The notes beneath the pieces are model-generated. The model was not told the DNA's origin. It saw nothing but the letters and a program-made list of their open reading frames with translations, and searched no databases. Source: Candidatus Limnocylindrales bacterium (GTDB taxonomy: Bacteria; Verrucomicrobiota; Verrucomicrobiia; Limisphaerales; UBA11358). From it: a stretch of DNA of 64,000 bases. The position numbers and the translations under genes were made by a program. Positions within the stretch are counted from its first letter, which is position 1, and each line of letters starts with the position of its first letter. Positions 19,149-27,840 of the stretch are shown one piece after another. The DNA lies in the NCBI GenBank assembly GCA_035604955.1, contig DATNHM010000034.1, forward strand, positions 10,889-74,888, in the 5' to 3' direction.

Positions 19149-20381
19149 ATGCCGGATTCAAAAGCAACACGCGTCTCCAGCCTCTATCTGCATGTGCCGT
19201 TCTGCGCGCAGAAATGCGCGTACTGCGCCTTTTATTCGGAGCCTTCAACCGGCGATCTGATTAATCGGTATATCGCCGTGCTCGTGCATGAGCTGGAGAT
19301 CGTGGCGGATGATCTCCGGCCGGAAACAATCTTCTTCGGTGGCGGCACACCGTCGCTGCTTAACCTTCGCCAGTGGGAACAAATCCTTCGGGCCATGGAA
19401 CGGCTGAATCTGCTCGGGGCAGCGGAATTCACCGTTGAATGCAATCCGGCCACCGTTTCGGCGGACAAAGCCAAATTACTCCGAGACTTCGGCGTCAATC
19501 GCATTTCGATGGGTGTGCAATCCCTCGACGAGGCCTTGCTCAACCGCCTGGGCCGGGTTCATTCGCGGGAGATGGTCTTCAAATCGTTCGACATCCTGCG
19601 CCGGGCCGGTTTTGACAATCTCAACCTCGACCTCATGTTTGCCATTCCCGGCCAGACCCTGGAAGTCTGGCGTGCCACTTTGACCGAGGCGCTCGCGCTC
19701 GGTAGCGAGCATTTGTCCAGTTATGAAGTCATCTACGAGGACGATACGCCGCTGTTTGCGCAATTAAAAGCCGGCGAATTCGACGTGGACGAAGATTTGG
19801 CCTGCGCGATGTATGAAGAACTCGTTGACGGCGCAACCGCCGCCGGTTTCCGGCAATACGAGATTGCCAACTTTGCACGTGGATCGAAGTCCAATACGTC
19901 CACAGTCCAGAGTCTACAGTCCGTGCCCGAAGGTGGCATGACTGAGGACTGTGGACTGACGACTGTGGACATCCCCGCCTTTGCCTGCCGCCACAACGTG
20001 AATTATTGGCGTGGCGGTTCGTTTTACGGCCTGGGTCCCAGCGCGACGAGCTATGTGCGCGGCGTTCGGACGAAAAATTGGGCCAACACGCAGCTTTACT
20101 GCGAGCAGTTGGGAAAAGGAAACCGCGCCATCGAATCCCGCGAAGAACTGCCGCCGTTGAGACGCGCCGGGGAAACCGCCGCGTTCGGTCTGCGGATGGT
20201 CGCCGGCTGGCCGTTTGAAGAATTTCAACGTACGACAAATTTTGACCTGCGCCGCGAATGGTCGGCGGACATGAATCAACTGGCGGATCGCGGCTGGGCA
20301 AAGATTTCGCCGGACCGCTTTCACCTCACGCCCCGGGGGTTGCGTTTCGCGGATGCCGCGGCAGAAATGTTCCTTCGTTGA
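19149..20381 (+). CDS. hemW: radical-SAM HemN-like protein / heme chaperone HemW
   Basis: Contains LYLHVPFCAQKCAYCAF (CxxxCxxC), GGGTPS and a HNVNYW motif. It carries a repeat insertion of about 30 aa at 19890-19972. Confidence 0.85.
   Translation: MPDSKATRVSSLYLHVPFCAQKCAYCAFYSEPSTGDLINRYIAVLVHELEIVADDLRPETIFFGGGTPSLLNLRQWEQILRAMERLNLLGAAEFTVECNPATVSADKAKLLRDFGVNRISMGVQSLDEALLNRLGRVHSREMVFKSFDILRRAGFDNLNLDLMFAIPGQTLEVWRATLTEALALGSEHLSSYEVIYEDDTPLFAQLKAGEFDVDEDLACAMYEELVDGATAAGFRQYEIANFARGSKSNTSTVQSLQSVPEGGMTEDCGLTTVDIPAFACRHNVNYWRGGSFYGLGPSATSYVRGVRTKNWANTQLYCEQLGKGNRAIESREELPPLRRAGETAAFGLRMVAGWPFEEFQRTTNFDLRREWSADMNQLADRGWAKISPDRFHLTPRGLRFADAAAEMFLR
19890..19972. repeat. GTCCACAGTCC / GGACTGTGGAC inverted-repeat element inserted in frame in hemW
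   Basis: GTCCACAGTCC (19898-19908) and GTCTACAGTCC (19912-19922) face GGACTGTGGAC (19946-19956) and GACTGTGGAC (19961-19970). The 11-bp arms are exact reverse complements. The element is translated as NTSTVQSLQSVPEGGMTEDCGLTTVD. Confidence 0.7.
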
Positions 20382-20389
20382 GCTTTTCT

Positions 20390-20482
20390 GGTAGGGCAGA
20401 GCTGCCGCTCTGCCCTAATCCCGTCCCCGGCAAGGATGGGGAACGAGTGAAAGTCGAGGCGGCGCAGCAGCGCCGCCCTACC
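20390..20482. repeat. composite GGTAGGG...CCCTACC palindromic element (family B) between convergent hemW and kinase genes
   Basis: GGTAGGGCAGAGC-tgcc-GCTCTGCCCTA (20390-20417), TCCCC..GGGGA (20424-20442) and GGCGGCGC-agca-GCGCCGCC-CTACC (20458-20482). The outer arms are GGTAGGG / CCCTACC. Confidence 0.7.
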
Positions 20483-20488
20483 TTGGAG

Positions 20489-21940
20489 TCAACCGAGTGG
20501 TAACCGGACGGTGAAAGTGGACCCGACATTTTCCCTGCTTGAAACTTCGATGGTCCCACCATGCGCTTCGACAATCGCCTTCGAAATCGCCAGTCCCAGC
20601 CCGGCGTTACCATTGGAGGTTGTTCGTGATTTGTCGCCCCGATAAAATCGCTCAAACACGTGGGGCAGATCCTCACCGGAAATTCCCGGCCCCGTGTCGC
20701 TGACCGTCAACACGGCGAGCCCGGCCGAGGCTTCCAATTTGACGCGAACTTCGCCGCCCGGCCGGTTGTATTGAATGGCATTAACCAACAAGTTGGTAAT
20801 GACCAGCGCCAAACGTTCGGCATCGCCGATGATTTCAACCGGGGCCAGCCCGGTCAGGATATTCACATTACGCTGACTGGCAATGGGTTTCATTTGTTCG
20901 GCACACTCGTTTACCGTTTCGGCCAGATTAAAGCACAACCGTTTCAGGGTTTCCTGGCCCGTGTCGAGCCGTGCCAGTTCCAGCAATGATTCAATCAAGC
21001 GACGCATCCGCTGGGCCGAACGCTGGCAGGCTTCGATCGTCTCGCGATATTCGGCCGGGCTGCGCTCGCGGTTTAAGGCGGTCTGGGTTTGCGTCAGTAC
21101 CACCGAAACCGGTGTGCGCAATTCATGCGCAGCATCGGCGGTGAATTGTTGTTGCTGGGCAAACGCGGTTTCCAGCCGGGCAAAAGTGGAGTTTAAAACA
21201 CTGGCCAACCGGCCCAGCTCGCTTTCGGTTTCGGCGACGTTGATGCGTTGCGTCAGGTCGCCGGCGGAAATCTTCACGGCGGCGGCGCTGATGCCGTCAA
21301 TCGGTCGGAGAGCGCGCCCCACCAGCCACCCGCCGCCGACAAGGCCAACCAGCAAAATAGCCGTACCGACAGCGGTGAGCCGCCAGGCCGTCAGCCGAAG
21401 ATCCTTCAATTCCGGCGCCAGACTGCGACCGACTGTGATTTGTTCGCCCAGTGGGAATGTGCTATGAATTTCGCGAAAACCGTCCAAGGTCCGCACGTCG
21501 ACGGGCTCGGCAGCTTTCATTGCAGTCATGTGCGTTGGCACGGCACCCTCCCGGGCGATTTCATCGCCATATCGTGACCAAACGACATAATAAAAATTCT
21601 GACCGTCATTCGTACCAAAAAAATGTTCGGCCCAAGCCGACAGTTGGAACTGATTCGTTGGTCGCGGCAGTTCGTTGTCAAGTCCGGCCCCCATGGGAGG
21701 GCCTTCCGGGGGCCGGTCCGGTGGTGGTGGACCGAAACCGGGCCTGTGGGGCGGTGGATGAAGTGCGTCAGTAATGAGATGCAGGCGCATGTTCAACTCA
21801 TCGTCCACCTTGCGAAGCACCCGCCCTCGCTCAAGTTGATACGCCGTGAAACCAAACCCCGCCAGCACAACCACCAGGATAAGACCGTACCAGAGTTGCA
21901 ATCGCCACTTGATGGATTTGAAAATCTTCATTCGATGCAA
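20489..21940 (-). CDS. sensor histidine kinase (two TM, HAMP, HisKA, HATPase_c)
   Basis: H-box ADAAHELRTPVSV; N, G1 and G2 boxes (LLVNAIQYN, DTGPGI, GLGLAI). The periplasmic region is Pro-rich. Confidence 0.9.
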   Translation of the reverse strand: MHRMKIFKSIKWRLQLWYGLILVVVLAGFGFTAYQLERGRVLRKVDDELNMRLHLITDALHPPPHRPGFGPPPPDRPPEGPPMGAGLDNELPRPTNQFQLSAWAEHFFGTNDGQNFYYVVWSRYGDEIAREGAVPTHMTAMKAAEPVDVRTLDGFREIHSTFPLGEQITVGRSLAPELKDLRLTAWRLTAVGTAILLVGLVGGGWLVGRALRPIDGISAAAVKISAGDLTQRINVAETESELGRLASVLNSTFARLETAFAQQQQFTADAAHELRTPVSVVLTQTQTALNRERSPAEYRETIEACQRSAQRMRRLIESLLELARLDTGQETLKRLCFNLAETVNECAEQMKPIASQRNVNILTGLAPVEIIGDAERLALVITNLLVNAIQYNRPGGEVRVKLEASAGLAVLTVSDTGPGISGEDLPHVFERFYRGDKSRTTSNGNAGLGLAISKAIVEAHGGTIEVSSRENVGSTFTVRLPLG

Positions 21941-22578
21941 TAGCCATGGCCGCGCCGGGTAGTGATGAAATCCGCGCCCAGTTTTTTGCGGACATTGGAG
22001 ACATGGACATCCAGCAGGTTGGAGAGCGAGCTGTCGTTTTCGTCGAACAGATGCTCATAAAGTTGCGTCCGGGTAACGACTTCGCCCCGATGCCGGGCGA
22101 GAAATTCCACGAGCGAATATTCACGCGCGGTCAACTCGACCGGTTTGCCCTTGAGTGAAACCTTCCGTGCCGCGGTATCAATTGTTATGTCGCCGATTTC
22201 GATGATGTTGGTGGTCTGGTTCGCGCTGCGGCGGATGAGAGCGCGCAGGCGGGCGAATAATTCCGGCAAATCAAATGGTTTGATCACGTAATCGTCCGCG
22301 CCGGTGTCGAGGCCTTTGACGCGATCGCGCGATTGGTCCCTCGCGGTAAGCATCAGCACCGGTGTCTTTTTGGTTTTGCGGAGGCGTTTGAGGATTTCCC
22401 AGCCGTCGAGCCTGGGCAGCATCACGTCCAGTACGATGGCATCATAATCGTAGCTCTCGGCATTGAACAGGCCGTCCTCGCCGTTGTTGGCGCTGTCCAC
22501 GGCGTAACCTTCCTCGCGCAACGCCTGGGCCAGGCTGCGCAGCAGGTCCGGTTCGTCTTCGACAATCAGGATTCTCAT
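21928..22578 (-). CDS. OmpR-family response regulator
   Basis: The ATG at 22578 gives MRILIVEDEPDLL, followed by a receiver domain and a winged-helix C-terminus (RGHGY). It overlaps the kinase start by 13 nt. The ORF-track start at 22680 is an extension. Confidence 0.9.
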   Translation of the reverse strand: MRILIVEDEPDLLRSLAQALREEGYAVDSANNGEDGLFNAESYDYDAIVLDVMLPRLDGWEILKRLRKTKKTPVLMLTARDQSRDRVKGLDTGADDYVIKPFDLPELFARLRALIRRSANQTTNIIEIGDITIDTAARKVSLKGKPVELTAREYSLVEFLARHRGEVVTRTQLYEHLFDENDSSLSNLLDVHVSNVRKKLGADFITTRRGHGYCIE

Positions 22579-22772
22579 GCGGGCTGCGGCTGCGGCTGAT
22601 TTAACACAACCGCGGTCTGCCGTCACTCTCGCAGGCGCAACCTTAAGGGAAGATGAAGGTGCGAAGCGAAAAAACTTCAAAAAATTTCCGGCTTCACGTT
22701 TCCTTAAGGTGCGTTCGGGTAAATTGCCTCAAAAGAAAAAATCACACCGGCAAAAAAGAAAGTGAGCACAAC

Positions 22773-23336
22773 ATGAAAACCACAATGAAAACCATGCTGA
22801 CACTGCTGGCGCTTGGCGCGTCAGCCTTCCTCATCAATGCCCAGGACGCTGGCGGACCACCTCCAGACCGTGGTCCAGGCGGAGTTGGTCCCCGGCATCG
22901 CCCGCCGCCCCTGCCGCTCGTTCTGGCGCTGGATGCCAATCACGATGGCGTGATTGATTCCAACGAAATCGCCAACGCCAGCGCGGCGTTGTTGACGCTG
23001 GACAAAAACGGCGATGGTCAATTGACCAAGGACGAATATCTGCCGCCGCTGCCGGCCAACGTGCCGAAGGACGCCCCGCGTCCGCCGCTCCCGGCGATCG
23101 TTAAGGCGCTCGATGCCAACGGCGACGGGGTGATTGACGCGACTGAAATCGCCAATGCACCGGCGGCCTTAAAGGCGCTGGATAAAAACGGCGACGGCCA
23201 ATTGACGCCCAATGAATTCATCGGGCCGCGTCCGCACATGGGCCCCCCTCGCGAAGGAGGTCCAAACGCTGACAATAGCACCCCGCCGCCCGGTGATAAC
23301 GGCCAGTCCTCCGGGCCGCCTCCGGACCAGCAATAG
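22773..23336 (+). CDS. periplasmic EF-hand protein (four canonical Ca-binding loops, internal duplication)
   Basis: Signal peptide MKTTMKTMLTLLALGASAFLINA. Loops are DANHDGVIDSNE, DKNGDGQLTKDE, DANGDGVIDATE and DKNGDGQLTPNE, with Pro-rich flanks. Confidence 0.8.
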   Translation: MKTTMKTMLTLLALGASAFLINAQDAGGPPPDRGPGGVGPRHRPPPLPLVLALDANHDGVIDSNEIANASAALLTLDKNGDGQLTKDEYLPPLPANVPKDAPRPPLPAIVKALDANGDGVIDATEIANAPAALKALDKNGDGQLTPNEFIGPRPHMGPPREGGPNADNSTPPPGDNGQSSGPPPDQQ

Positions 23337-23339
23337 ATT

Positions 23340-23406
23340 TCCGTTCGAGTGAACGGATCGGCGGCGGATTGACGCAAAAGCCGGTGTGACGCGATCAATC
23401 CGCCGC
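23340..23406. terminator. bidirectional terminator region between convergent EF-hand and MFS genes
   Basis: Hairpin TCCGTTC-gagt-GAACGGA (23340-23357), plus a perfect 12-bp inverted repeat GCGGCGGATTGA ... TCAATCCGCCGC ending at 23406. Confidence 0.5.
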
Positions 23407-24684
23407 TTCTTGAATTTTGCCACCGGCAATTTCAATTCCTTTACCCAACCGCTGCATCGCCAGAATACCGGCCAGGATGGAAATGGCCCCGCACGTTACG
23501 TAAGGCAGCATCGGGACCTGCAGATAAAATGTCGCGGCGAAAATGGGGCCAACAATACGCGCCAGGGCGCCGGCGCTTTGGGCCACGCCAATAGTGGAGC
23601 CCTGTTCGTTGGCCGGTGCGAGGTTCGACAGCAGGCCAAAGACCGGCGGTCGCGTCAGGCTGGAGCCAATGGCCAGCAACGCCAACGCCAGCAGCATTCT
23701 AATCCACGGCCAGTCGGCGAGACGCAAAACCGCCAGCCATTTTAATTGGCCGTCGCCTTTAATAAACGGCAGCAATGCCAGACTGATACCGGTCAACACG
23801 AGACTGAACGCAATCAGTCTGGGTTCGCCGAATTTGTTCACCAACCTCCCAATGGCACCACCCTGGATGAATGCTCCGATGATGCCGCAAAAGACGAAAA
23901 GCGAAATCACGGTTGTGGCCGGTTTGGTCTCGTCCACGGTGATCCCAAGGTTGAAATTGTCGTTCACCAGCAAAGGCAGGGTGCTTTCAAAACAACTGAA
24001 GGCGAACGTGGCCAGGAAAAAAATCAGGATGAGCAGGCCGATTTTCGGCTGGGACAGCGTGTGTCCCCATTGCTTCAGGCGCGGGCGGCGGGTGGTTGGG
24101 TTGGAATCCGGTTTCCAGCTTTCGGCGAGAATGCAAAAGGCCAGGAGGAAATTGGCTGCGCACAGCGCTGCCGCCGTCCAACCGGGACCGGTTGCGCCAA
24201 AAAGCTTCAGGGCGACGCCGCTGATGGCCGGGCCGAAAATGAATCCCAGCCCGAACGCCATGCCAATCAAACCCATCCGTTTGGAACGCTGTTCCGGCGG
24301 TGTGATGTCGGCGATGTAAGCCTGGGCAACGGTGATGTTCCCCCCGCAAGCGCCGGCGAACAGGCGGGAGATGAACAATGCCCAGAGCGCGGCAGCGTGA
24401 TTTTCAAACCCGGACCCGATGGCAAACAGGACGTACGAAAACGCCGCGCCGGCGGTGCTGATGAGCAGAATCGGGCGGCGTCCGTGATGATCAGACAACC
24501 GGCCCCAAATCGGGGCGAAGAGGAATTGCATGGCCGAAAACGAGGCGATGATGGCACCGATGACAAAACCGCCCGCGCCGTAATGCCGGCTGTAAATCGG
24601 CACCAGCGGCACGACGATGCCGAAACCGATGAGGTCAATGAAGACCGTCAGGAAAACGACGAGCAACGATGGCTTGCGATTCAT
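23395..24684 (-). CDS. MFS transporter (TetA-like drug:H+ antiporter pattern)
   Basis: It has about 12 hydrophobic segments. Motif A-like GRLSDHHGRRP is present, and the N-terminus reads LLVVFLTVFIDLIGFGIVVPLVP. Confidence 0.85.
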   Translation of the reverse strand: MNRKPSLLVVFLTVFIDLIGFGIVVPLVPIYSRHYGAGGFVIGAIIASFSAMQFLFAPIWGRLSDHHGRRPILLISTAGAAFSYVLFAIGSGFENHAAALWALFISRLFAGACGGNITVAQAYIADITPPEQRSKRMGLIGMAFGLGFIFGPAISGVALKLFGATGPGWTAAALCAANFLLAFCILAESWKPDSNPTTRRPRLKQWGHTLSQPKIGLLILIFFLATFAFSCFESTLPLLVNDNFNLGITVDETKPATTVISLFVFCGIIGAFIQGGAIGRLVNKFGEPRLIAFSLVLTGISLALLPFIKGDGQLKWLAVLRLADWPWIRMLLALALLAIGSSLTRPPVFGLLSNLAPANEQGSTIGVAQSAGALARIVGPIFAATFYLQVPMLPYVTCGAISILAGILAMQRLGKGIEIAGGKIQEAAD

Positions 24685-24787
24685 TCCTATGTAAATTTAA
24701 ACGTTAAGTTTTAAGTTTTTCGGCCTCCAACTCAAAGTTAAAAACACAACTTGAAAACTTCACCGGTGATCGTAATATCCACCGGTC

Positions 24788-25930
24788 GTGAGCAAAACCC
24801 GCTGGGCGGTTGCGGTTCAGTCGAAGAATATCCCTCTGGATCTGGAACTTTCCACGGCCATCTGTCAGTGCCTGCAACAACTGGGGCATCAGGCGATTTT
24901 GGTGCAGGACGGGGAGCCGGCCGGGTTTGAAGCGGATGTACTGTTGCTATTGACCTACCTCGGCAATTTTCCGGCGTATTGCCGAAGGTTGAAAAGCTGC
25001 GGCTCACAACGTCCCAAAACCATCTTGTGGCAGGTGGATCCGTTGCCGCCGGAAACTCTGCCGCCGGCAGCGGAGGCCGTCGGGCTTAAGGCCACCCGCT
25101 GGAAGGACCGGTTCCGGCTGCACCAGTCCACCGCGGCAATGCCGCGTTGGAAAAAAAACTGCACGTTGTTCCGGCTGCGCGCATGGGCCAACAAACAATG
25201 TTCCGCTCCTGGTTACCGCAAAGCCACCCGGCTCATCCAACGCTGCGTCGGGGGAGAATTCGACTGGATGAAGGTCCGCGGGGTGATGGAAGCATGGCGG
25301 AGGATTCTGGACGCATGGCGGGAAGGATGGTTGGATCAGATTGCCGTCAGCACAAACCCGCGTCGGCGTTTCCTCGCGAGCCGGGGGATTACCGCGCCGT
25401 TCATTCCGGTGGGAGCGCATGAGGCAATGGGCCGCGACCTGGGCCGGCCGCGGGACATCCCGGTTGGTTTTCTTGGCAACGTAAAGCACAGCCGGCGCAC
25501 GGAAATGCTCGAGCGATTGAGCAAACGCCTGAAGGAAAAGAACATCCCGTTCGCCCGGATGGTGAACGGTTGCTACGGCGAGAAACGCTGTGAATGGCTC
25601 AACCGCACCCGCATCCTGCTCAGCCTGCACAATTATTCCTGGGACCCCGCGTGGATCCGCCTTTTGATTGCAGCGCGATGCGGAACACTGGTGGTGAGCG
25701 AACCGATGAAGGACGAGCACCCGATGATCGCGGGTGTCCATTATGTTGCCGCCGCCGCGGATGAGATGCCGGAGGTCATCGGCAAACTGCTCGACGACCC
25801 GGCGAAAATTCGTCAGCTTACGTCCGCCGCTGCCGACCTGTGCCAGCACGAATTAACGCTCCTGCGCGCAACGGAAAAATTGATCGATTTGGGCGAAACC
25901 GTAAATCCAGAGAGGCTGGCCCGGCTATGA
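24788..25930 (+). CDS. glycosyltransferase-like protein (CgeB/DUF3880-type C-terminal domain, tentative)
   Basis: GTG start. The C-terminal half (FLGNVKHSRRTEMLERL ... ILLSLHNYSW ... SEPMKDEHPM..GVHYV) resembles the GT1-like domain of CgeB-family proteins. It is the first gene of the sugar-modification cluster. Confidence 0.5.
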   Translation: MSKTRWAVAVQSKNIPLDLELSTAICQCLQQLGHQAILVQDGEPAGFEADVLLLLTYLGNFPAYCRRLKSCGSQRPKTILWQVDPLPPETLPPAAEAVGLKATRWKDRFRLHQSTAAMPRWKKNCTLFRLRAWANKQCSAPGYRKATRLIQRCVGGEFDWMKVRGVMEAWRRILDAWREGWLDQIAVSTNPRRRFLASRGITAPFIPVGAHEAMGRDLGRPRDIPVGFLGNVKHSRRTEMLERLSKRLKEKNIPFARMVNGCYGEKRCEWLNRTRILLSLHNYSWDPAWIRLLIAARCGTLVVSEPMKDEHPMIAGVHYVAAAADEMPEVIGKLLDDPAKIRQLTSAAADLCQHELTLLRATEKLIDLGETVNPERLARL

Positions 25931-25970
25931 CCAACGTCCTTTCGTGACGGAGGAATTGACTCTGGAAAAC

Positions 25971-27161
25971 ATGCTCCCCAAAATGCCAATCCACACTTTG
26001 AACAAAGAGTTGATGATCGACACGTATCGTCCTTCGCTGGGGCCCGAAGAACTGCAAGCCGTCGCCTCGGTTTTTGACAGCCGGTGGCTCGGGCTTGGTC
26101 CAGTTACCGAAAAATTCGAGTGCCGACTGGCGGAATTCCTGGAATGTAAATACGTCGTTGGCGTCGGACACGGCACTGCGGCGTTGCATCTGGCGCTGGA
26201 CGTGCTCGGGCTGGCGCCGGGCGACGAGGTGATTGTCCCGTCGTTGACGTTTGTGGGCTCGGTGCAGGCGATCCGGATGTGTGCCGCAACGCCGGTGTTC
26301 TGCGAGGTGGATCCGGACACGCTGAACCTGGACCTGCCGGACGCCGCCGCGAGGATCACCCCCCGGACCCGCGCTATCATGCCGGTGCATTTCGCCGGAC
26401 TGCCTTGCGACCTGGATCCGTTGTGGGAAACCGCTCGCCGGCGCGGTATCCACGTCGTGGAGGACGCCGCGCACGCCTTTGGGAGCCGGTATCGCAACCA
26501 TCCGGTCGGGGCCGCCGGTGATCTGGTCTGTTTCAGTTTTGACACCATCAAGAACATCACCTGCGGCGAAGGCGGGGCGGTGGCCACGAACAACGAGACG
26601 TGGGCCCGGCGCATCCGGCACCGCCGCCGGTTAGGGATGGAGATGGATTTTGAGCCCCGCACGGCGGCGGAAGCCAACTGGCAATATCAGGTAGTCTCGC
26701 ACGGGTTCCGCTACCATATGTCCGATCTCCATGCCGCCATCGGCCTCGTTCAGATGGAGAAATTTTCCGTTTTCCAGCGGCGAAAACGTGAGATCATGGA
26801 GCGCTACGACGCAGCGTTCTCGGAACTTCCCGGCATCGAAGTCCTCCAGCATGACCTGGAAACAACCTGTCCTTGGGCCTGCATGCTCAAAATTCTCGAC
26901 GGGCGCCGTGATGCGTTTCGCGAGCAACTCCGGCAAAAAGGAATCAATACGCTGGTGCAATTCATCCCGAACCACCTCCAGCCCGCATTCGCCTCCGGCC
27001 GTTCGAATCTACCGGTGACGGAGCGGCTCTTCGGGCAAATCGTCTCTCTGCCGTTTTTTGCGGAGATGACGGACGCCGACGTGGACGCAGTCATTCAGGC
27101 CGTCAGCGTTTTTACAAAAAATTCCGCATGCGAGACGGTGTGTTGTGGATTCAAGACCTGA
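25971..27161 (+). CDS. DegT/DnrJ/EryC1/StrS-family PLP-dependent sugar aminotransferase
   Basis: Motifs: YRPSLGPEEL, GHGTAALHLAL, GDEVIVPSLTFVGS, and FSFDTIKNITCGEGGAV (catalytic Lys). The start is uncertain: GTG 25944, ATG 25971 or ATG 26013. Confidence 0.85.
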   Translation: MLPKMPIHTLNKELMIDTYRPSLGPEELQAVASVFDSRWLGLGPVTEKFECRLAEFLECKYVVGVGHGTAALHLALDVLGLAPGDEVIVPSLTFVGSVQAIRMCAATPVFCEVDPDTLNLDLPDAAARITPRTRAIMPVHFAGLPCDLDPLWETARRRGIHVVEDAAHAFGSRYRNHPVGAAGDLVCFSFDTIKNITCGEGGAVATNNETWARRIRHRRRLGMEMDFEPRTAAEANWQYQVVSHGFRYHMSDLHAAIGLVQMEKFSVFQRRKREIMERYDAAFSELPGIEVLQHDLETTCPWACMLKILDGRRDAFREQLRQKGINTLVQFIPNHLQPAFASGRSNLPVTERLFGQIVSLPFFAEMTDADVDAVIQAVSVFTKNSACETVCCGFKT

Positions 27162-27812
27162 ATGAATACACCTGACAAACCATTGCTCATCCTGGGAACC
27201 GGAACGTTCGCAGTTGAGATTGCCGACGTGGCGTCCGAGGTGCCGGGATTCATCGTGGCAGGCTTTGTGGAAAATCTGGATCGCTCGCGCTGTCGTGAAC
27301 GGTTGGAAGACAAACCGGTGTTCTGGGTGGATGATCTGGGAAACAGCATCGGCACGCACTGGTTTGTTTGCGGATTGGGTACCACCCATCGCAGCCGTTT
27401 CACGGAGCAGGTGCAACAGATGGGGGGCGGGTTTGTGTCGCTCGTGCATCCGAGTGCCCGGATTTCCGCGAGCAGCTCGCTCGGTGCAGGTTGCGTTATT
27501 CATCCGGGCGCAATTGTGGCCGGACACTCCCGCTTGGGAAACCACGTGTGCGTGAACCGCGGCGCCACCATCGGACACCATACCACGGTTGACGACTTCG
27601 TCACGATTGGGCCGGGAGTTAACCTGGCGGGCAACTGCCGGATTGGCCGGGCCACGTATATCGGCATCGGCGCCACGATTATTGACAACCTGACAGTAGG
27701 TTCGCAATCGGTGGTCGGAGCCGGCGCCGTGGTGACGAAGGCTGTCCCGGACAAGGTCCTCGTCGTCGGCGTGCCGGCTAAAGTAGTCAAGGAAGGGATC
27801 GACGGGAAATAA
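27162..27812 (+). CDS. NeuD/PglD-family sugar N/O-acetyltransferase (left-handed beta-helix)
   Basis: The N-terminal Rossmann-like segment is LLILGTGTFAVEIADV. The C-terminus has hexapeptide repeats (IGPGVNLAGNCRIGRATYIGIGATI...VVGVPAK). Its ATG directly abuts the DegT stop (TGAATG). Confidence 0.8.
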   Translation: MNTPDKPLLILGTGTFAVEIADVASEVPGFIVAGFVENLDRSRCRERLEDKPVFWVDDLGNSIGTHWFVCGLGTTHRSRFTEQVQQMGGGFVSLVHPSARISASSSLGAGCVIHPGAIVAGHSRLGNHVCVNRGATIGHHTTVDDFVTIGPGVNLAGNCRIGRATYIGIGATIIDNLTVGSQSVVGAGAVVTKAVPDKVLVVGVPAKVVKEGIDGK

Positions 27813-27840
27813 ACTGATCCAAATTCAAACCACCGAACTC

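Noticed and set aside
21640-21760. The Pro/Gly-rich stretch in the histidine kinase sensor domain, considered as another in-frame repeat insertion.
   Set aside because: The underlying DNA shows no palindrome or tandem structure and no similarity to the repeat families found in the window. I treat it as ordinary low-complexity sequence and mention it only in the EF-hand finding.
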